From NCBI RefSeq assembly GCF_044647545.1, contig NZ_CP172818.1: a DNA stretch of 64,000 nucleotides. One strand, given 5' to 3'. This stretch comes from Escherichia coli. Its GTDB lineage: Bacteria; Pseudomonadota; Gammaproteobacteria; Enterobacterales; Enterobacteriaceae. The notes under the pieces were generated by a model that saw nothing but the letters and a program-made list of their open reading frames with translations, searched no databases and was not told where the DNA came from. Each line of letters starts with the position of its first letter. Position 1 is the first letter of the stretch. The translations under genes and the position numbers were made by a program. Shown one piece after another: positions 51,508-62,394 of this stretch.

Positions 51508-52809
51508 ATGTTCAATTTTGCAGTCAGCCGCGAAAGCCTGTTATCAGGATTTCAGTGGTTTTTCTTTATTTTTTGCAACACGGTTGTGGTTCCTCCTACG
51601 CTACTTTCTGCTTTTCAGTTGCCGCAAAGTAGCCTGCTTACGCTCACGCAATATGCTTTTCTTGCTACCGCACTGGCCTGCTTCGCTCAGGCGTTCTGCG
51701 GTCATCGTCGCGCTATTATGGAGGGGCCGGGCGGCCTGTGGTGGGGAACCATCCTGACTATCACCCTTGGCGAAGCATCGCGCGGGACACCGATCAACGA
51801 TATCGCTACCAGTCTGGCGGTGGGAATTGCGCTCTCCGGCGTGCTGACGATGTTGATTGGTTTTAGCGGATTAGGCCATCGCCTGGCACGGTTATTTACG
51901 CCGTCGGTGATGGTCTTGTTTATGTTGATGCTGGGCGCGCAGCTGACCACTATCTTTTTCAAAGGTATGCTCGGGCTGCCGTTTGGCATAGCCGACCCGA
52001 ATTTTAAAATTCAGTTACCGCCGTTCGCGCTTTCGGTCGCGGTGATGTGCCTGGTACTGGCGATGATTATCTTTCTGCCGCAACGTTTTGCCCGTTATGG
52101 CCTGCTGGTCGGTACCATAACCGGCTGGTTGTTGTGGTACTTTTGCTTTCCTTCTTCGCATTCGCTCTCCGGTGAGTTGCACTGGCAGTGGTTCCCGCTC
52201 GGCAGTGGCGGTGCTTTGTCGCCGGGGATTATTCTGACGGCGGTGATTACAGGTCTGGTAAATATCAGCAATACCTACGGTGCGATTCGTGGCACGGATG
52301 TTTTTTATCCGCAGCAGGGCGCGGGGAATACACGTTATCGTCGCAGCTTTGTGGCGACCGGATTTATGACACTGATAACCGTGCCGCTGGCGGTAATTCC
52401 ATTTTCACCGTTTGTTTCATCCATTGGTTTATTAACCCAGACTGGCGATTACACGCGGCGTTCGTTTATTTATGGCAGCGTTATTTGCCTGCTGGTGGCA
52501 CTGGTTCCGGCACTCACGCGACTGTTTTGCAGTATCCCCTTACCGATGAGTAGCGCGGTCATGCTGGTTTCTTATCTGCCTTTACTCTTTTCCGCGCTGG
52601 TGTTTAGCCAGCAAATCACGTTTACCGCTCGCAATATTTATCGACTCGCATTGCCGTTATTTGTCGGCATATTTTTAATGGCATTACCGCCTGTGTATCT
52701 GCAAGACCTTCCATTAACGCTTCGTCCTCTGCTCAGTAACGGCTTACTGGTCGGAATTTTACTGGCTGTTCTTATGGATAATCTTATTCCGTGGGAACGC
52801 ATCGAATAA
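51508..52809 (+). CDS. ybbY: NCS2-family putative purine/uracil permease YbbY
   Basis: 433-aa polytopic membrane ORF. Confidence 0.92.
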   Translation: MFNFAVSRESLLSGFQWFFFIFCNTVVVPPTLLSAFQLPQSSLLTLTQYAFLATALACFAQAFCGHRRAIMEGPGGLWWGTILTITLGEASRGTPINDIATSLAVGIALSGVLTMLIGFSGLGHRLARLFTPSVMVLFMLMLGAQLTTIFFKGMLGLPFGIADPNFKIQLPPFALSVAVMCLVLAMIIFLPQRFARYGLLVGTITGWLLWYFCFPSSHSLSGELHWQWFPLGSGGALSPGIILTAVITGLVNISNTYGAIRGTDVFYPQQGAGNTRYRRSFVATGFMTLITVPLAVIPFSPFVSSIGLLTQTGDYTRRSFIYGSVICLLVALVPALTRLFCSIPLPMSSAVMLVSYLPLLFSALVFSQQITFTARNIYRLALPLFVGIFLMALPPVYLQDLPLTLRPLLSNGLLVGILLAVLMDNLIPWERIE

Positions 52810-52830
52810 TTTGTTGAAAAAGGATTGATA

Positions 52831-53976
52831 ATGAAGATTGTCATTGCGCCAGACTCGTTTAAAGAGAGCTTAAGTGCAGAAAAATGTTGTCAGGCAATTA
52901 AAGCCGGGTTTTCGACCCTCTTTCCCGATGCGCACTATATCTGTTTACCGATAGCGGATGGCGGCGAAGGGACAGTGGATGCGATGGTCGCCGCGACGGG
53001 CGGCAACATCGTGACGCTTGAAGTCTGCGGGCCGATGGGCGAAAAAGTGAATGCTTTTTATGGCATTACCGGCGACGGGAAAACGGCGGTGATTGAGATG
53101 GCTGCGGCAAGCGGCCTGATGCTGGTCGCGCCTGAAAAGCGTAATCCGTTGCTGGCCTCCAGTTTTGGTACGGGGGAGTTAATTCGCCATGCGCTGGATA
53201 ACGGCATTCGCCATATTATTCTCGGCATTGGTGGTAGCGCGACGGTTGACGGCGGTATGGGCATGGCGCAGGCGCTCGGTGTGCGTTTCCTTGATGCCTA
53301 CGGTCAGGTGCTGGCGGCTAACGGCGGCAATTTAGCACGCGTGGCAAGTATTGAGATGGATGAATGCGATCCGCGTCTGGCGAACTGCCATATTGAAGTC
53401 GCATGTGATGTTAATAATCCGCTGGTAGGGGCACGCGGCGCGGCGGCGGTGTTCGGCCCGCAAAAAGGGGCAACGCCGGAAATGGTCGAAGAGCTGGAGC
53501 AGGGGCTGCAAAATTACGCCCGTGTTTTACAACAGCAAACTGAAATCAACGTCTGCCAGATGGCGGGTGGTGGCGCGGCGGGCGGTATGGGCATTGCGGC
53601 GGCGGTATTCCTCAATGCGGATATTAAACCGGGTATTGAGATTGTGTTGAATGCGGTCAATCTTGCGCAGGCAGTGCAGGGTGCAGCACTGGTGATCACC
53701 GGGGAAGGGCGCATCGACTCGCAAACGGCAGGCGGTAAAGCGCCGCTGGGCGTGGCGTCGGTGGCGAAGCAGTTTAATGTCCCGGTGATTGGGATTGCTG
53801 GCGTATTGGGTGATGGCGTGGAAGTGGTGCACCAGTACGGCATTGATGCGGTATTCAGCATTTTGCCACGTCTGGCTCCTTTAGCCGAAGTGCTCGCCAG
53901 CGGTGAAACCAATCTCTTCAACAGTGCGCGAAATATTGCCTGCGCCATTAAAATAGGTCAGGGAATTAAAAACTGA
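52831..53976 (+). CDS. glxK: Glycerate 2-kinase GlxK
   Basis: Track ORF 52825 (TTG) trimmed to ATG at 52831 ([27 protein letters not shown]). Confidence 0.94.
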   Translation: MKIVIAPDSFKESLSAEKCCQAIKAGFSTLFPDAHYICLPIADGGEGTVDAMVAATGGNIVTLEVCGPMGEKVNAFYGITGDGKTAVIEMAAASGLMLVAPEKRNPLLASSFGTGELIRHALDNGIRHIILGIGGSATVDGGMGMAQALGVRFLDAYGQVLAANGGNLARVASIEMDECDPRLANCHIEVACDVNNPLVGARGAAAVFGPQKGATPEMVEELEQGLQNYARVLQQQTEINVCQMAGGGAAGGMGIAAAVFLNADIKPGIEIVLNAVNLAQAVQGAALVITGEGRIDSQTAGGKAPLGVASVAKQFNVPVIGIAGVLGDGVEVVHQYGIDAVFSILPRLAPLAEVLASGETNLFNSARNIACAIKIGQGIKN

Positions 53977-54021
53977 CTATTACCTTTAAAGCGGATGCGA
54001 TTTATATCGCATATTGACTAC

Positions 54022-54048
54022 AAAAAAAGCCACGGAATAAACCGTGGC
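54022..54048 (-). terminator. Rho-independent terminator of allE (minus strand)
   Basis: Minus-strand GCCACGG-TTTATT-CCGTGGC followed by TTTTTTT, about 40 nt after the allE stop. Confidence 0.75.
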
Positions 54049-54090
54049 AAAATCCAACATAGCTAAAAATAATCAGGCGAGTGGTATGAC

Positions 54091-54876
54091 TTAAATCTCT
54101 ACGTCGCGGTTGCAATCTTTCGAGTAAATATAGCTGAACGCTTCACCACGCCCTACGCCATAACCAGCCTGTAAAGAATAAGCGCCCATAAAGATGTAAT
54201 CGCCTTTTTTCACCGGGATCCAGTTATTGTCGAGGTTATAAACCCCCTGACCGGAAAGAATATAGGCACCGTGTTCCTGAACGTGGGTTTCGATATAACC
54301 GTGGCTGGCACCTGGTGCAAAAGAGAGGATATGCATGTTCATATCAAAACCTAACTCTTTGGGCAGAAAATCCAGCAGAATAACATCGTCCATGCCTTCA
54401 TAATGAATGCGTTCCAGTTCGCTGGCATTGCCAGAAACCAGCCACGGCGCATGACCTTCGACCGGAATATAGCGACGCTTATATAAAAAGATTTGGCTGT
54501 CTTCGGCCTGGGCGTTAACAAACGTCATTAAGGAGCCTGGCGGGCAATAAAGATAGCCACCTTCACTTAAGGTAAATGTTTTCCCTTCGGCTTTGGCAGT
54601 GATATTTCCAGAGATCACATACAGGAACGTTTCAATTCCTTCACCACCGAAGCCCTGTTGGTTGCCGCCGTTTTGATGTAGTGTGACCAGATAATCAACA
54701 AAAGAGGCCCCCAGCTTTGGCGTGGAGAGGATTGTCGCGTCACAATTTTCAAAGCCCGGAATAATATTTTTTACCAGACCGTCCGGGGTTAGCAGCGCGA
54801 AATTACCGTGTTTCACAATCGCACGGTTAGCCAGTAAATCATCGCGGTAACCGGTGACGTTATTTAAATATCCCAT
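54091..54876 (-). CDS. allE: (S)-ureidoglycine aminohydrolase AllE (YlbA, bicupin)
   Basis: 261-aa ORF MGYLNNVTGYRDDLLANRAIVKHGNFALLTPDGLVKN. Confidence 0.94.
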   Translation of the reverse strand: MGYLNNVTGYRDDLLANRAIVKHGNFALLTPDGLVKNIIPGFENCDATILSTPKLGASFVDYLVTLHQNGGNQQGFGGEGIETFLYVISGNITAKAEGKTFTLSEGGYLYCPPGSLMTFVNAQAEDSQIFLYKRRYIPVEGHAPWLVSGNASELERIHYEGMDDVILLDFLPKELGFDMNMHILSFAPGASHGYIETHVQEHGAYILSGQGVYNLDNNWIPVKKGDYIFMGAYSLQAGYGVGRGEAFSYIYSKDCNRDVEI

Positions 54877-54886
54877 TTATAACTCC

Positions 54887-56122
54887 TTATTTCTGCCAGG
54901 CAAGTTGATAAAGCATGAGTGCCAACGTTTTGACCCCTTCGGCAAGGTCGGTAATATTGGTGCGTTCCGCCGGGTTATGGCTGATCCCGTTGATGCTGGG
55001 AATGAAAATCATGCAGGTCGGCACGCGAGGCGCGAAAATTTGTGCGTCGTGCCCGGCACCACTGTGCATTACCCGGTAATTCAGTTTTTCGCTTTCACAC
55101 AATTCTGTCAGGGTGGCGACAAGCTCCTTGTTCATCGGCACGGGTTCTTCGTCCATCCATAAATCGATATCAATACCAATGTCCATTTCATCGCAAATCG
55201 CCCGCATGTCGTTTTCTAACTGTTGGGTAAAATCGCGCAACACGGCAGTGTCGGTATGACGACAATCAATAGTGAACGTGGTTTTACCCGGCACTACATT
55301 CACCGTATTCGGGCGCGGCTCCACCTTGCCAAAGGTCAGCACCAGCGGATCGCCCATCTTTTTCGCTTTCTCAACTGACTGATGGCAAATGCGACTGAAA
55401 GCGTAAACCGTATCACGACGATAACCCATCGGCGTGGTGCCTGCATGGTTTGATTCGCCGTTCAGCGTCACCGTATAGCGACGTTGTCCGACAATTGCAT
55501 TCACCACGCCAATTGACTGACCATTACTTTCCAGCACACAACCCTGTTCGATATGCAGTTCGACAAAGGCTTTAATATCCTGACGCGGAGTTAGTGGGGC
55601 GTTCGGCAGAGTAAATCCGCAAGCCTTCATTGCATCGACAAAACTATTTCCTTTGGCATCACAGATATTCCGCACGTCGTCAGGATTCGCCAGCCCAAAG
55701 ATATTTTTACTGCCCCAGAAGACATACGGGAAGCGGCTGCCTTCTTCTTCCGCCATTGCCACCACTTCGACCGTTCGCAGCGGCGCGCCGTATTGCGTTT
55801 TCAGCCAGTCAATCGCCAGCCACGCCGCCAGTGCGCCGAATTGTCCGTCGAGGTTACCGCCGTTAACCACGGTATCAATATGCGAACCGCTCAGAATCAC
55901 TTCCTGAGGGTATTCGCTGCCGTTCAGGCGGCCGTATAAATTCCCCACTTCATCGAAACGTGTTTCCAGCCCACTTGCTGCCATTCTTTTTTTAAATTGC
56001 TGCTGGGTTTCCAGCCACTCCGGCGAATAAAGTAAACGGGTCATTCCACCCGTTGGGTCAGCACCAAAAGAGGAAAGCCAGGGCAGCGTTTCTTCTATGG
56101 CTTGACGGAAATGTGTAATCAT
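54887..56122 (-). CDS. allC: Allantoate amidohydrolase AllC (M20 peptidase family)
   Basis: Track ORF 54887..56143 trimmed to ATG at 56122 (MITHFRQAIEETLPWLSSFGADPTGGMTRLLYSPEW). Confidence 0.93.
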   Translation of the reverse strand: MITHFRQAIEETLPWLSSFGADPTGGMTRLLYSPEWLETQQQFKKRMAASGLETRFDEVGNLYGRLNGSEYPQEVILSGSHIDTVVNGGNLDGQFGALAAWLAIDWLKTQYGAPLRTVEVVAMAEEEGSRFPYVFWGSKNIFGLANPDDVRNICDAKGNSFVDAMKACGFTLPNAPLTPRQDIKAFVELHIEQGCVLESNGQSIGVVNAIVGQRRYTVTLNGESNHAGTTPMGYRRDTVYAFSRICHQSVEKAKKMGDPLVLTFGKVEPRPNTVNVVPGKTTFTIDCRHTDTAVLRDFTQQLENDMRAICDEMDIGIDIDLWMDEEPVPMNKELVATLTELCESEKLNYRVMHSGAGHDAQIFAPRVPTCMIFIPSINGISHNPAERTNITDLAEGVKTLALMLYQLAWQK

Positions 56123-56143
56123 AAGAAAGTCCTGTCTCAACAA

Positions 56144-57193
56144 TTATTGCGCAAAGGGATTTTTCGTTTCGTATGACGTGTTATAAAGCGCGTCGGAAAT
56201 TAAATACTGGTAAATATCATCAACAATTTCGATGCCTTCGACGGCGGTTTTGCGTTGTTTAATATCCTGATCCTGTCCGGGATAATAAACCTGGTTAAAA
56301 CCGGGCGCGGGGGTAATGGCATTTAATTCGCGCATGGTCTGGCTAAGATGTTGACGGAATAATTCGCTGGAGGAGAAAAAGTTCGGATTAATAACTACAT
56401 GTAATTGCCCCAAATTACGTCCGGCGTGTAAATCGTCATACATCGAACTGACCTGACGCCCGAACGGTAAGCCGAGTAAGACGCCTGAGAGGACGTCGAT
56501 CATCATCATCAGGCCATAACCTTTCGGTCCGGCAGCCGGGAGCAGGGCGTTAACCGCGAAGGGATCGGTTGTTGGTGCACCGTTTTTATCGACCGCCCAG
56601 GTATCCGGGATAGACATATTACGCGAGCGGGCGTCGAGCACTTTTCCCCATGCCTGTACGGTAGTCGCCATATCAAAGGTAAGAATCTCGTCGCCTTTTC
56701 CCGGCGCGGCAAAGGCCAGTGGGTTAGTGCCGTAGTAAATTTCCGCGCCGCCAAACGGCACCACCATTGGATCGGACTGGCACATCGAAATGCCAATCAA
56801 TCCGGCGCGGGCTGCCTGCTGCACAAAATAAGAGATTGCGCCGCTGTGACCCATCCGGCTGATACCGACCACTGCAACGCCATTTTGCTGGGCAGTTTTG
56901 ATGGCATGTTCCATGCCCATTTTCGCCGCGACCTGTCCGGCGGCATTGTCGGCATGCAAAATTGCTGAACATGGCCCGGTTTCTTCAAGACGAAACTCCG
57001 GTTCGCGGTTGGTGCCGCCTTTTGAAATGCGTTCTGCGTAGTATTCAACGCGCACCGCGCCATGAGAGTGGATCCCTCTGGCATCGGCGTAAACCAATAC
57101 TTCAGCCACGGTTGCAGCGTGCTCACGTTTTAACCCAGCCTGGCAGAGTTTATTCTCGATTAGCTGGTGGAGTGTTTCCCGACTGATTTTCAT
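56144..57193 (-). CDS. allD: Ureidoglycolate dehydrogenase AllD
   Basis: 349-aa ORF MKISRETLHQLIENKLCQAGLKREHAATVAEVLVYADARGIHSHG. Confidence 0.95.
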   Translation of the reverse strand: MKISRETLHQLIENKLCQAGLKREHAATVAEVLVYADARGIHSHGAVRVEYYAERISKGGTNREPEFRLEETGPCSAILHADNAAGQVAAKMGMEHAIKTAQQNGVAVVGISRMGHSGAISYFVQQAARAGLIGISMCQSDPMVVPFGGAEIYYGTNPLAFAAPGKGDEILTFDMATTVQAWGKVLDARSRNMSIPDTWAVDKNGAPTTDPFAVNALLPAAGPKGYGLMMMIDVLSGVLLGLPFGRQVSSMYDDLHAGRNLGQLHVVINPNFFSSSELFRQHLSQTMRELNAITPAPGFNQVYYPGQDQDIKQRKTAVEGIEIVDDIYQYLISDALYNTSYETKNPFAQ

Positions 57194-57509
57194 CTGTCTT
57201 CCTTTTTAACGACGGTGTGAAGCATGACTGCAATTAACATACAGGGAAAATATCTGGATTATGTGATCCAGACAGGCAAAAAAATATAGTTAGAATTTAT
57301 TTGATAATCCGCTCGCTTTTAACCTGGTTTTTAAAACAACTATGCTTATTAAAAAATAACGCGTAATAGTCTGGCGGTTATTTGAATTCTTTTGTTAATA
57401 ATCCCTGTGTGATATTCATCACCTTATTTACTCGTTGTCATCGATACCGTAATCGCCACATTAACACTGCTCGTGCAATTGCCATGGGTGCAATTTTTAA
57501 GGAGTTGTT

Positions 57510-59177
57510 ATGATCCACGCCTTTATTCAAAAAGGGTGTTTTCAGGATTCGGTCAGTTTAATGATTATTTCACGAAAACTCAGCGAATCAGAAAATGTTG
57601 ATGATGTTTCCGTAATGATGGGTACGCCCGCCAATAAAGCGTTATTAGATACCACAGGTTTCTGGCATGACGATTTTAATAACGCCACGCCGAACGATAT
57701 TTGCGTGGCAATTCGTAGCGAAGCGGCGGATGCGGGGATCGCGCAGGCGATTATGCAGCAGCTTGAAGAGGCGCTAAAACAACTGGCGCAGGGGTCAGGC
57801 AGCAGCCAGGCGTTGACGCAGGTGCGTCGCTGGGACAGTGCCTGTCAGAAATTACCCGACGCCAGTCTGGCGCTGATTTCAGTGGCTGGCGAGTATGCGG
57901 CGGAGGTTGCGAACCAGGCGCTGGATCGCAACCTCAACGTGATGATGTTCTCCGATAACGTCACGCTGGAAGATGAAATCCAGCTCAAAACCCGCGCACG
58001 CGATAAAGGCTTGCTGGTGATGGGGCCAGACTGCGGTACGTCGATGATTGCCGCCACGCCGCTGGCTTTTGCTAACGTGATGCCGGAAGGCAACATTGGC
58101 GTCATTGGCGCTTCCGGTACCGGGATTCAGGAACTGTGCTCGCAGATTGCGCTTGCAGGGGAGGGAATTACCCACGCGATTGGTCTTGGCGGGCGCGACC
58201 TCAGCCGTGAAGTGGGCGGCATCAGTGCGCTAACGGCGCTGGAAATGTTATGCACCGATGCGAAAAGCGAAGTGCTGGCATTTGTTTCAAAACCACCTGC
58301 CGAAGTTGTGCGTCTGAAAATTGTTAATGCCATGAAAGCAACCGGCAAACCGACGGTGGCGCTGTTTTTAGGTTATACCCCGGCGGTGGCCCGCGACGAG
58401 AATGTCTGGTTTGCCTCCTCGCTTGATGAGGCCGCACGCCTGGCTTGCCTGCTTTCACGCGTCACGGCGCGACGTAACGCAATAGCACCTGTCAGCAGCG
58501 GATTTATTTGCGGTTTGTATACCGGCGGTACGCTGGCTGCTGAAGCGGCGGGATTACTTGCCGGACACCTTGGCGTGGAAGCCGACGATACCCATCAACA
58601 TGGCATGATGCTCGACGCCGACGGACATCAGATCCTCGACCTGGGCGATGATTTTTACACCGTCGGGCGTCCCCATCCGATGATCGACCCGACCTTACGC
58701 AACCTGTTAATTGCCGATCTCGGCGCTAAACCGCAAGTGCGCGTGTTGCTGCTTGATGTCGTGATTGGCTTCGGTGCGACTGCCGATCCTGCCGCCTCGC
58801 TGGTGAGCGCCTGGCAAAAAGCCTGTGCCGCGCGTCCAGACAATCAACCACTGTATGCCATTGCCACGGTGACAGGCACCGAACGTGACCCGCAATGCCG
58901 CTCGCAACAAATCGCCACGCTGGAAGATGCGGGGATCGCGGTCGTGAGTTCGCTGCCGGAAGCCACCTTGCTGGCGGCAGCGTTAATTCATCCGCTCTCG
59001 CCTGCCACACAGCAACACACACCGTCATTACTGGAAAACGTCGCCGTGATTAACATCGGATTACGCAGCTTTGCGCTGGCGCTACAAAGCGCCAGCAAAC
59101 CGGTTGTGCATTACCAATGGTCGCCAGTCGCCGGCGGCAATAAAAAACTGGCTCGTTTATTAGAACGTTTGCAATAA
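57510..59177 (+). CDS. fdrA: FdrA (succinyl-CoA synthetase alpha-like; proposed oxamate carbamoyltransferase component)
   Basis: 555-aa ORF MIHAFIQKGCFQDSVSLMIISRKLSESENVDDVSVMMGTPANK. Confidence 0.93.
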   Translation: MIHAFIQKGCFQDSVSLMIISRKLSESENVDDVSVMMGTPANKALLDTTGFWHDDFNNATPNDICVAIRSEAADAGIAQAIMQQLEEALKQLAQGSGSSQALTQVRRWDSACQKLPDASLALISVAGEYAAEVANQALDRNLNVMMFSDNVTLEDEIQLKTRARDKGLLVMGPDCGTSMIAATPLAFANVMPEGNIGVIGASGTGIQELCSQIALAGEGITHAIGLGGRDLSREVGGISALTALEMLCTDAKSEVLAFVSKPPAEVVRLKIVNAMKATGKPTVALFLGYTPAVARDENVWFASSLDEAARLACLLSRVTARRNAIAPVSSGFICGLYTGGTLAAEAAGLLAGHLGVEADDTHQHGMMLDADGHQILDLGDDFYTVGRPHPMIDPTLRNLLIADLGAKPQVRVLLLDVVIGFGATADPAASLVSAWQKACAARPDNQPLYAIATVTGTERDPQCRSQQIATLEDAGIAVVSSLPEATLLAAALIHPLSPATQQHTPSLLENVAVINIGLRSFALALQSASKPVVHYQWSPVAGGNKKLARLLERLQ

Positions 59178-59186
59178 GGGGTTCCC

Positions 59187-60446
59187 ATGTTTACATCAGT
59201 GGCGCAAGCCAATGCTGCGGTTATCGAACAAATTCGTCGTGCTCGTCCACACTGGCTGGATGTGCAACCGGCTTCTTCACTTATCAGCGAACTAAACGAG
59301 GGCAAAACACTGCTTCACGCCGGGCCGCCAATGCGCTGGCAGGAGATGACCGGACCCATGAAAGGGGCATGTGTGGGCGCATGTCTGTTTGAAGGCTGGG
59401 CGAAAGATGAAGCGCAGGCGCTGGCAATGCTGGATCAGGGGGAAGTGAACTTCATTCCTTGTCACCATGTGAATGCCGTCGGGCCAATGGGCGGCATTAC
59501 TTCTGCCAGTATGCCGATGCTGGTGGTCGAGAACGTGACCGACGGCAACCGGGCGTACTGCAACCTCAACGAAGGTATCGGCAAAGTGATGCGTTTTGGC
59601 GCTTACGGCGAAGATGTTCTGACTCGCCATCGCTGGATGCGCGATGTGTTAATGCCAGTATTAAGCGCGGCGCTGGGGCGCATGGAGCGCGGTATCGATC
59701 TCACCGCGATGATGGCGCAGGGCATTACCATGGGCGATGAGTTCCATCAACGCAATATTGCTTCCTCAGCACTGTTAATGCGTGCGCTGGCCCCACACAT
59801 TGCTCGCCTCGATCATGATAAACAGCACATCGCGGAAGTGATGGATTTCCTCAGCGTGACCGATCAGTTCTTCCTTAACCTCGCGATGGCTTACTGCAAG
59901 GCGGCGATGGATGCTGGTGCGATGATCCGCGCAGGCAGCATCGTCACGGCTATGACCCGCAACGGCAATATGTTCGGGATTCGGGTAAGCGGGCTGGGCG
60001 AACGCTGGTTTACTGCGCCTGTAAACACTCCCCAAGGGCTGTTTTTCACCGGCTTCTCGCAGGAGCAGGCGAACCCGGATATGGGCGATAGCGCAATTAC
60101 CGAAACCTTTGGTATTGGCGGTGCGGCGATGATCGCAGCGCCTGGCGTAACGCGCTTTGTCGGTGCGGGTGGCATGGAAGCGGCCAGAGCGGTATCTGAA
60201 GAGATGGCGGAAATCTTCCTTGAACGCAATATGCAGTTGCAGATCCCCGGCTGGGATTTCCAGGGCGCGTGCCTGGGGCTGGATATTCGTCGCGTGGTAG
60301 AAACCGGCATTACGCCGCTCATCAATACCGGAATCGCCCATAAAGAGGCGGGGATCGGGCAGATTGGCGCAGGCACTGTGCGGGCACCGTTGGCCTGCTT
60401 TGAACAAGCGCTGGAAGCACTGGCTGAAAGCATGGGGATAGGTTGA
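59187..60446 (+). CDS. ylbE: DUF1116 protein YlbE, intact 419-aa reading frame
   Basis: 419-aa uninterrupted [51 protein letters not shown]; 9 nt after the fdrA stop. Confidence 0.9.
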   Translation: MFTSVAQANAAVIEQIRRARPHWLDVQPASSLISELNEGKTLLHAGPPMRWQEMTGPMKGACVGACLFEGWAKDEAQALAMLDQGEVNFIPCHHVNAVGPMGGITSASMPMLVVENVTDGNRAYCNLNEGIGKVMRFGAYGEDVLTRHRWMRDVLMPVLSAALGRMERGIDLTAMMAQGITMGDEFHQRNIASSALLMRALAPHIARLDHDKQHIAEVMDFLSVTDQFFLNLAMAYCKAAMDAGAMIRAGSIVTAMTRNGNMFGIRVSGLGERWFTAPVNTPQGLFFTGFSQEQANPDMGDSAITETFGIGGAAMIAAPGVTRFVGAGGMEAARAVSEEMAEIFLERNMQLQIPGWDFQGACLGLDIRRVVETGITPLINTGIAHKEAGIGQIGAGTVRAPLACFEQALEALAESMGIG

Positions 60447-60456
60447 GGAACGCGCA

Positions 60457-61272
60457 ATGACGATCATCCATCCTCTGCTTGCCAGCCGTAGCGCACCGAA
60501 TTATCGCCAGTCCTGGCGGTTAGCGGGCGTGTGGCGGCGGGCGATTAACCTGATGACGGAAAGCGGCGAACTGTTAACGCTGCATCGTCAGGGTAGTGGT
60601 TTCGGCCCCGGAGGATGGGTGCTTCGCCGCGCGCAATTCGATGCGTTATGCGGTGGATTATGCGGCAATGAACGACCACAGGTTGTGGTTCAAGGGATTC
60701 GCCTCGGGCGTTTCACGGTTAAACAGCCACAGCGTTATTGTTTGCTGCGTATTACGCCGCCTGCGCATCCTCAACCGCTTGCAGCGGCATGGATGCAACG
60801 CGCGGAGGAAACCGGGCTTTTCGGGCCGCTGGCGTTGGCGGCAAGCGATCCGCTGCCTGCTGAATTACGCCAGTTTCGTCACTGTTTTCAGGCCGCGCTC
60901 AATGGCGTTAAGACCGACTGGCGGCACTGGCTGGGTAAAGGCCCCGGATTAACGCCAAGTCATGATGACACGCTGAGCGGAATGCTGCTGGCGGCCTGGT
61001 ATTATGGCGCTTTAGATGCGCGCTCCGGTCGCCCGTTTTTTGCCTGTTCCGACAATCTTCAACTCGTTACCACAGCGGTGAGCGTTAATTATTTACGTTA
61101 TGCCGCGCAAGGATATTTCGCCTCGCCACTCCTGCACTTTGTTCATGCTCTGAGTTGCCCGAAACGTACCGCAGCGGCGATCGATTCGCTGCTGGCGCTG
61201 GGGCATACGTCAGGGGCCGATACGCTGCTGGGGTTCTGGCTTGGCCAACAATTATTACAAGGAAAACCATGA
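60457..61272 (+). CDS. ylbF: DUF2877 protein YlbF
   Basis: 271-aa [51 protein letters not shown]; stop overlaps the ybcF start (ATGA). Confidence 0.9.
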   Translation: MTIIHPLLASRSAPNYRQSWRLAGVWRRAINLMTESGELLTLHRQGSGFGPGGWVLRRAQFDALCGGLCGNERPQVVVQGIRLGRFTVKQPQRYCLLRITPPAHPQPLAAAWMQRAEETGLFGPLALAASDPLPAELRQFRHCFQAALNGVKTDWRHWLGKGPGLTPSHDDTLSGMLLAAWYYGALDARSGRPFFACSDNLQLVTTAVSVNYLRYAAQGYFASPLLHFVHALSCPKRTAAAIDSLLALGHTSGADTLLGFWLGQQLLQGKP

Positions 61273-62162
61273 AAACACTGGTTGTGGCTCTTGGGGGCAA
61301 CGCCTTACTCCAGCGCGGTGAGGCGCTGACGGCAAAAAATCAATATCGCAATATTGCCAGTGCTGTGCCCGCGCTGGCGCGCCTGGCCCGTTCTTATCGT
61401 CTGGCGATTGTTCACGGCAACGGGCCGCAGGTGGGGCTGCTGGCGTTACAGAATCTGGCGTGGAAAGAGGTAGAACCGTATCCGCTGGATGTACTGGTGG
61501 CGGAAAGCCAGGGGATGATTGGCTATATGCTGGCGCAGAGCTTGAGCGCACAGCCGCAGATGCCGCCTGTCACGACGGTGCTGACGCGCATTGAGGTTTC
61601 GCCTGATGATCCGGCGTTTTTGCAGCCAGAGAAGTTTATTGGTCCGGTTTATCAGCCAGAAGAACAAGAGGCACTGGAAGCGGCTTACGGCTGGCAGATG
61701 AAACGTGATGGTAAATATTTACGCCGGGTGGTGGCGTCTCCGCAACCGCGTAAAATTCTCGACAGCGAAGCCATCGAGTTGTTGCTCAAAGAGGGGCATG
61801 TGGTGATTTGCAGTGGCGGCGGCGGTGTGCCTGTGACGAAAGACGGGGTAGGGAGTGAAGCAGTGATTGATAAAGATCTCGCCGCTGCGTTGCTCGCCGA
61901 GCAGATTAATGCCGATGGACTGGTGATCCTCACCGATGCTGATGCGGTATATGAAAACTGGGGAACGCCGCAGCAACGTGCCATTCGCCATGCCACACCG
62001 GATGAGTTAGCGCCATTTGCCAAAGCCGATGGTTCGATGGGGCCGAAGGTAACGGCGGTGAGTGGCTATGTCAGAAGCCGTGGTAAACCTGCGTGGATTG
62101 GGGCGTTATCGCGGATTGAAGAGACGCTGGCGGGCGAAGCGGGGACCTGTATTTCGCTGTAG
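61269..62162 (+). CDS. ybcF: Carbamate kinase-like protein YbcF (ArcC family)
   Basis: Track ORF 61155..62162 trimmed to ATG at 61269 ([39 protein letters not shown]). Confidence 0.93.
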   Translation: MKTLVVALGGNALLQRGEALTAKNQYRNIASAVPALARLARSYRLAIVHGNGPQVGLLALQNLAWKEVEPYPLDVLVAESQGMIGYMLAQSLSAQPQMPPVTTVLTRIEVSPDDPAFLQPEKFIGPVYQPEEQEALEAAYGWQMKRDGKYLRRVVASPQPRKILDSEAIELLLKEGHVVICSGGGGVPVTKDGVGSEAVIDKDLAAALLAEQINADGLVILTDADAVYENWGTPQQRAIRHATPDELAPFAKADGSMGPKVTAVSGYVRSRGKPAWIGALSRIEETLAGEAGTCISL

Positions 62163-62191
62163 TGATGGGCACCAGGCAATTGGCACATCTA

Positions 62192-62378
62192 GCCTGATGC
62201 GATGCTGGCGCGTCTTATCAGGTCTACAGGCGGTGTCGGAACGGTAGGCCGGATAAGGCGTTCACGCCGCATCCGGCAATCGGCACACCATGCCTGATGC
62301 GATGCTGGCGCATCTTATCAGGCCTACAGTCGGTGTTGGAACGGTAGGCCGGATAAGGCGTTCACGCCGCATGCGGCA
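62192..62378. repeat. BIME: two tandem copies of a REP-pair unit (about 87 bp each, period about 100 bp)
   Basis: Unit 1 at 62192..62278 and unit 2 at 62292..62378, each GCCTGATGCGATGCTGGCGC.TCTTATCAGG.CTACAG.CGGTGT.GGAACGGTAGGCCGGATAAGGCGTTCACGCCGCAT.CGGCA, differing at only a few positions. Confidence 0.85.
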
Positions 62379-62394
62379 AGAAAATGAGCATCAA

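Noticed and set aside
62192-62378. Possible CRISPR array (direct repeats)
   Set aside because: Only two repeat units, no unique spacers, units are REP-type palindromes, and no cas genes nearby; this is a BIME.
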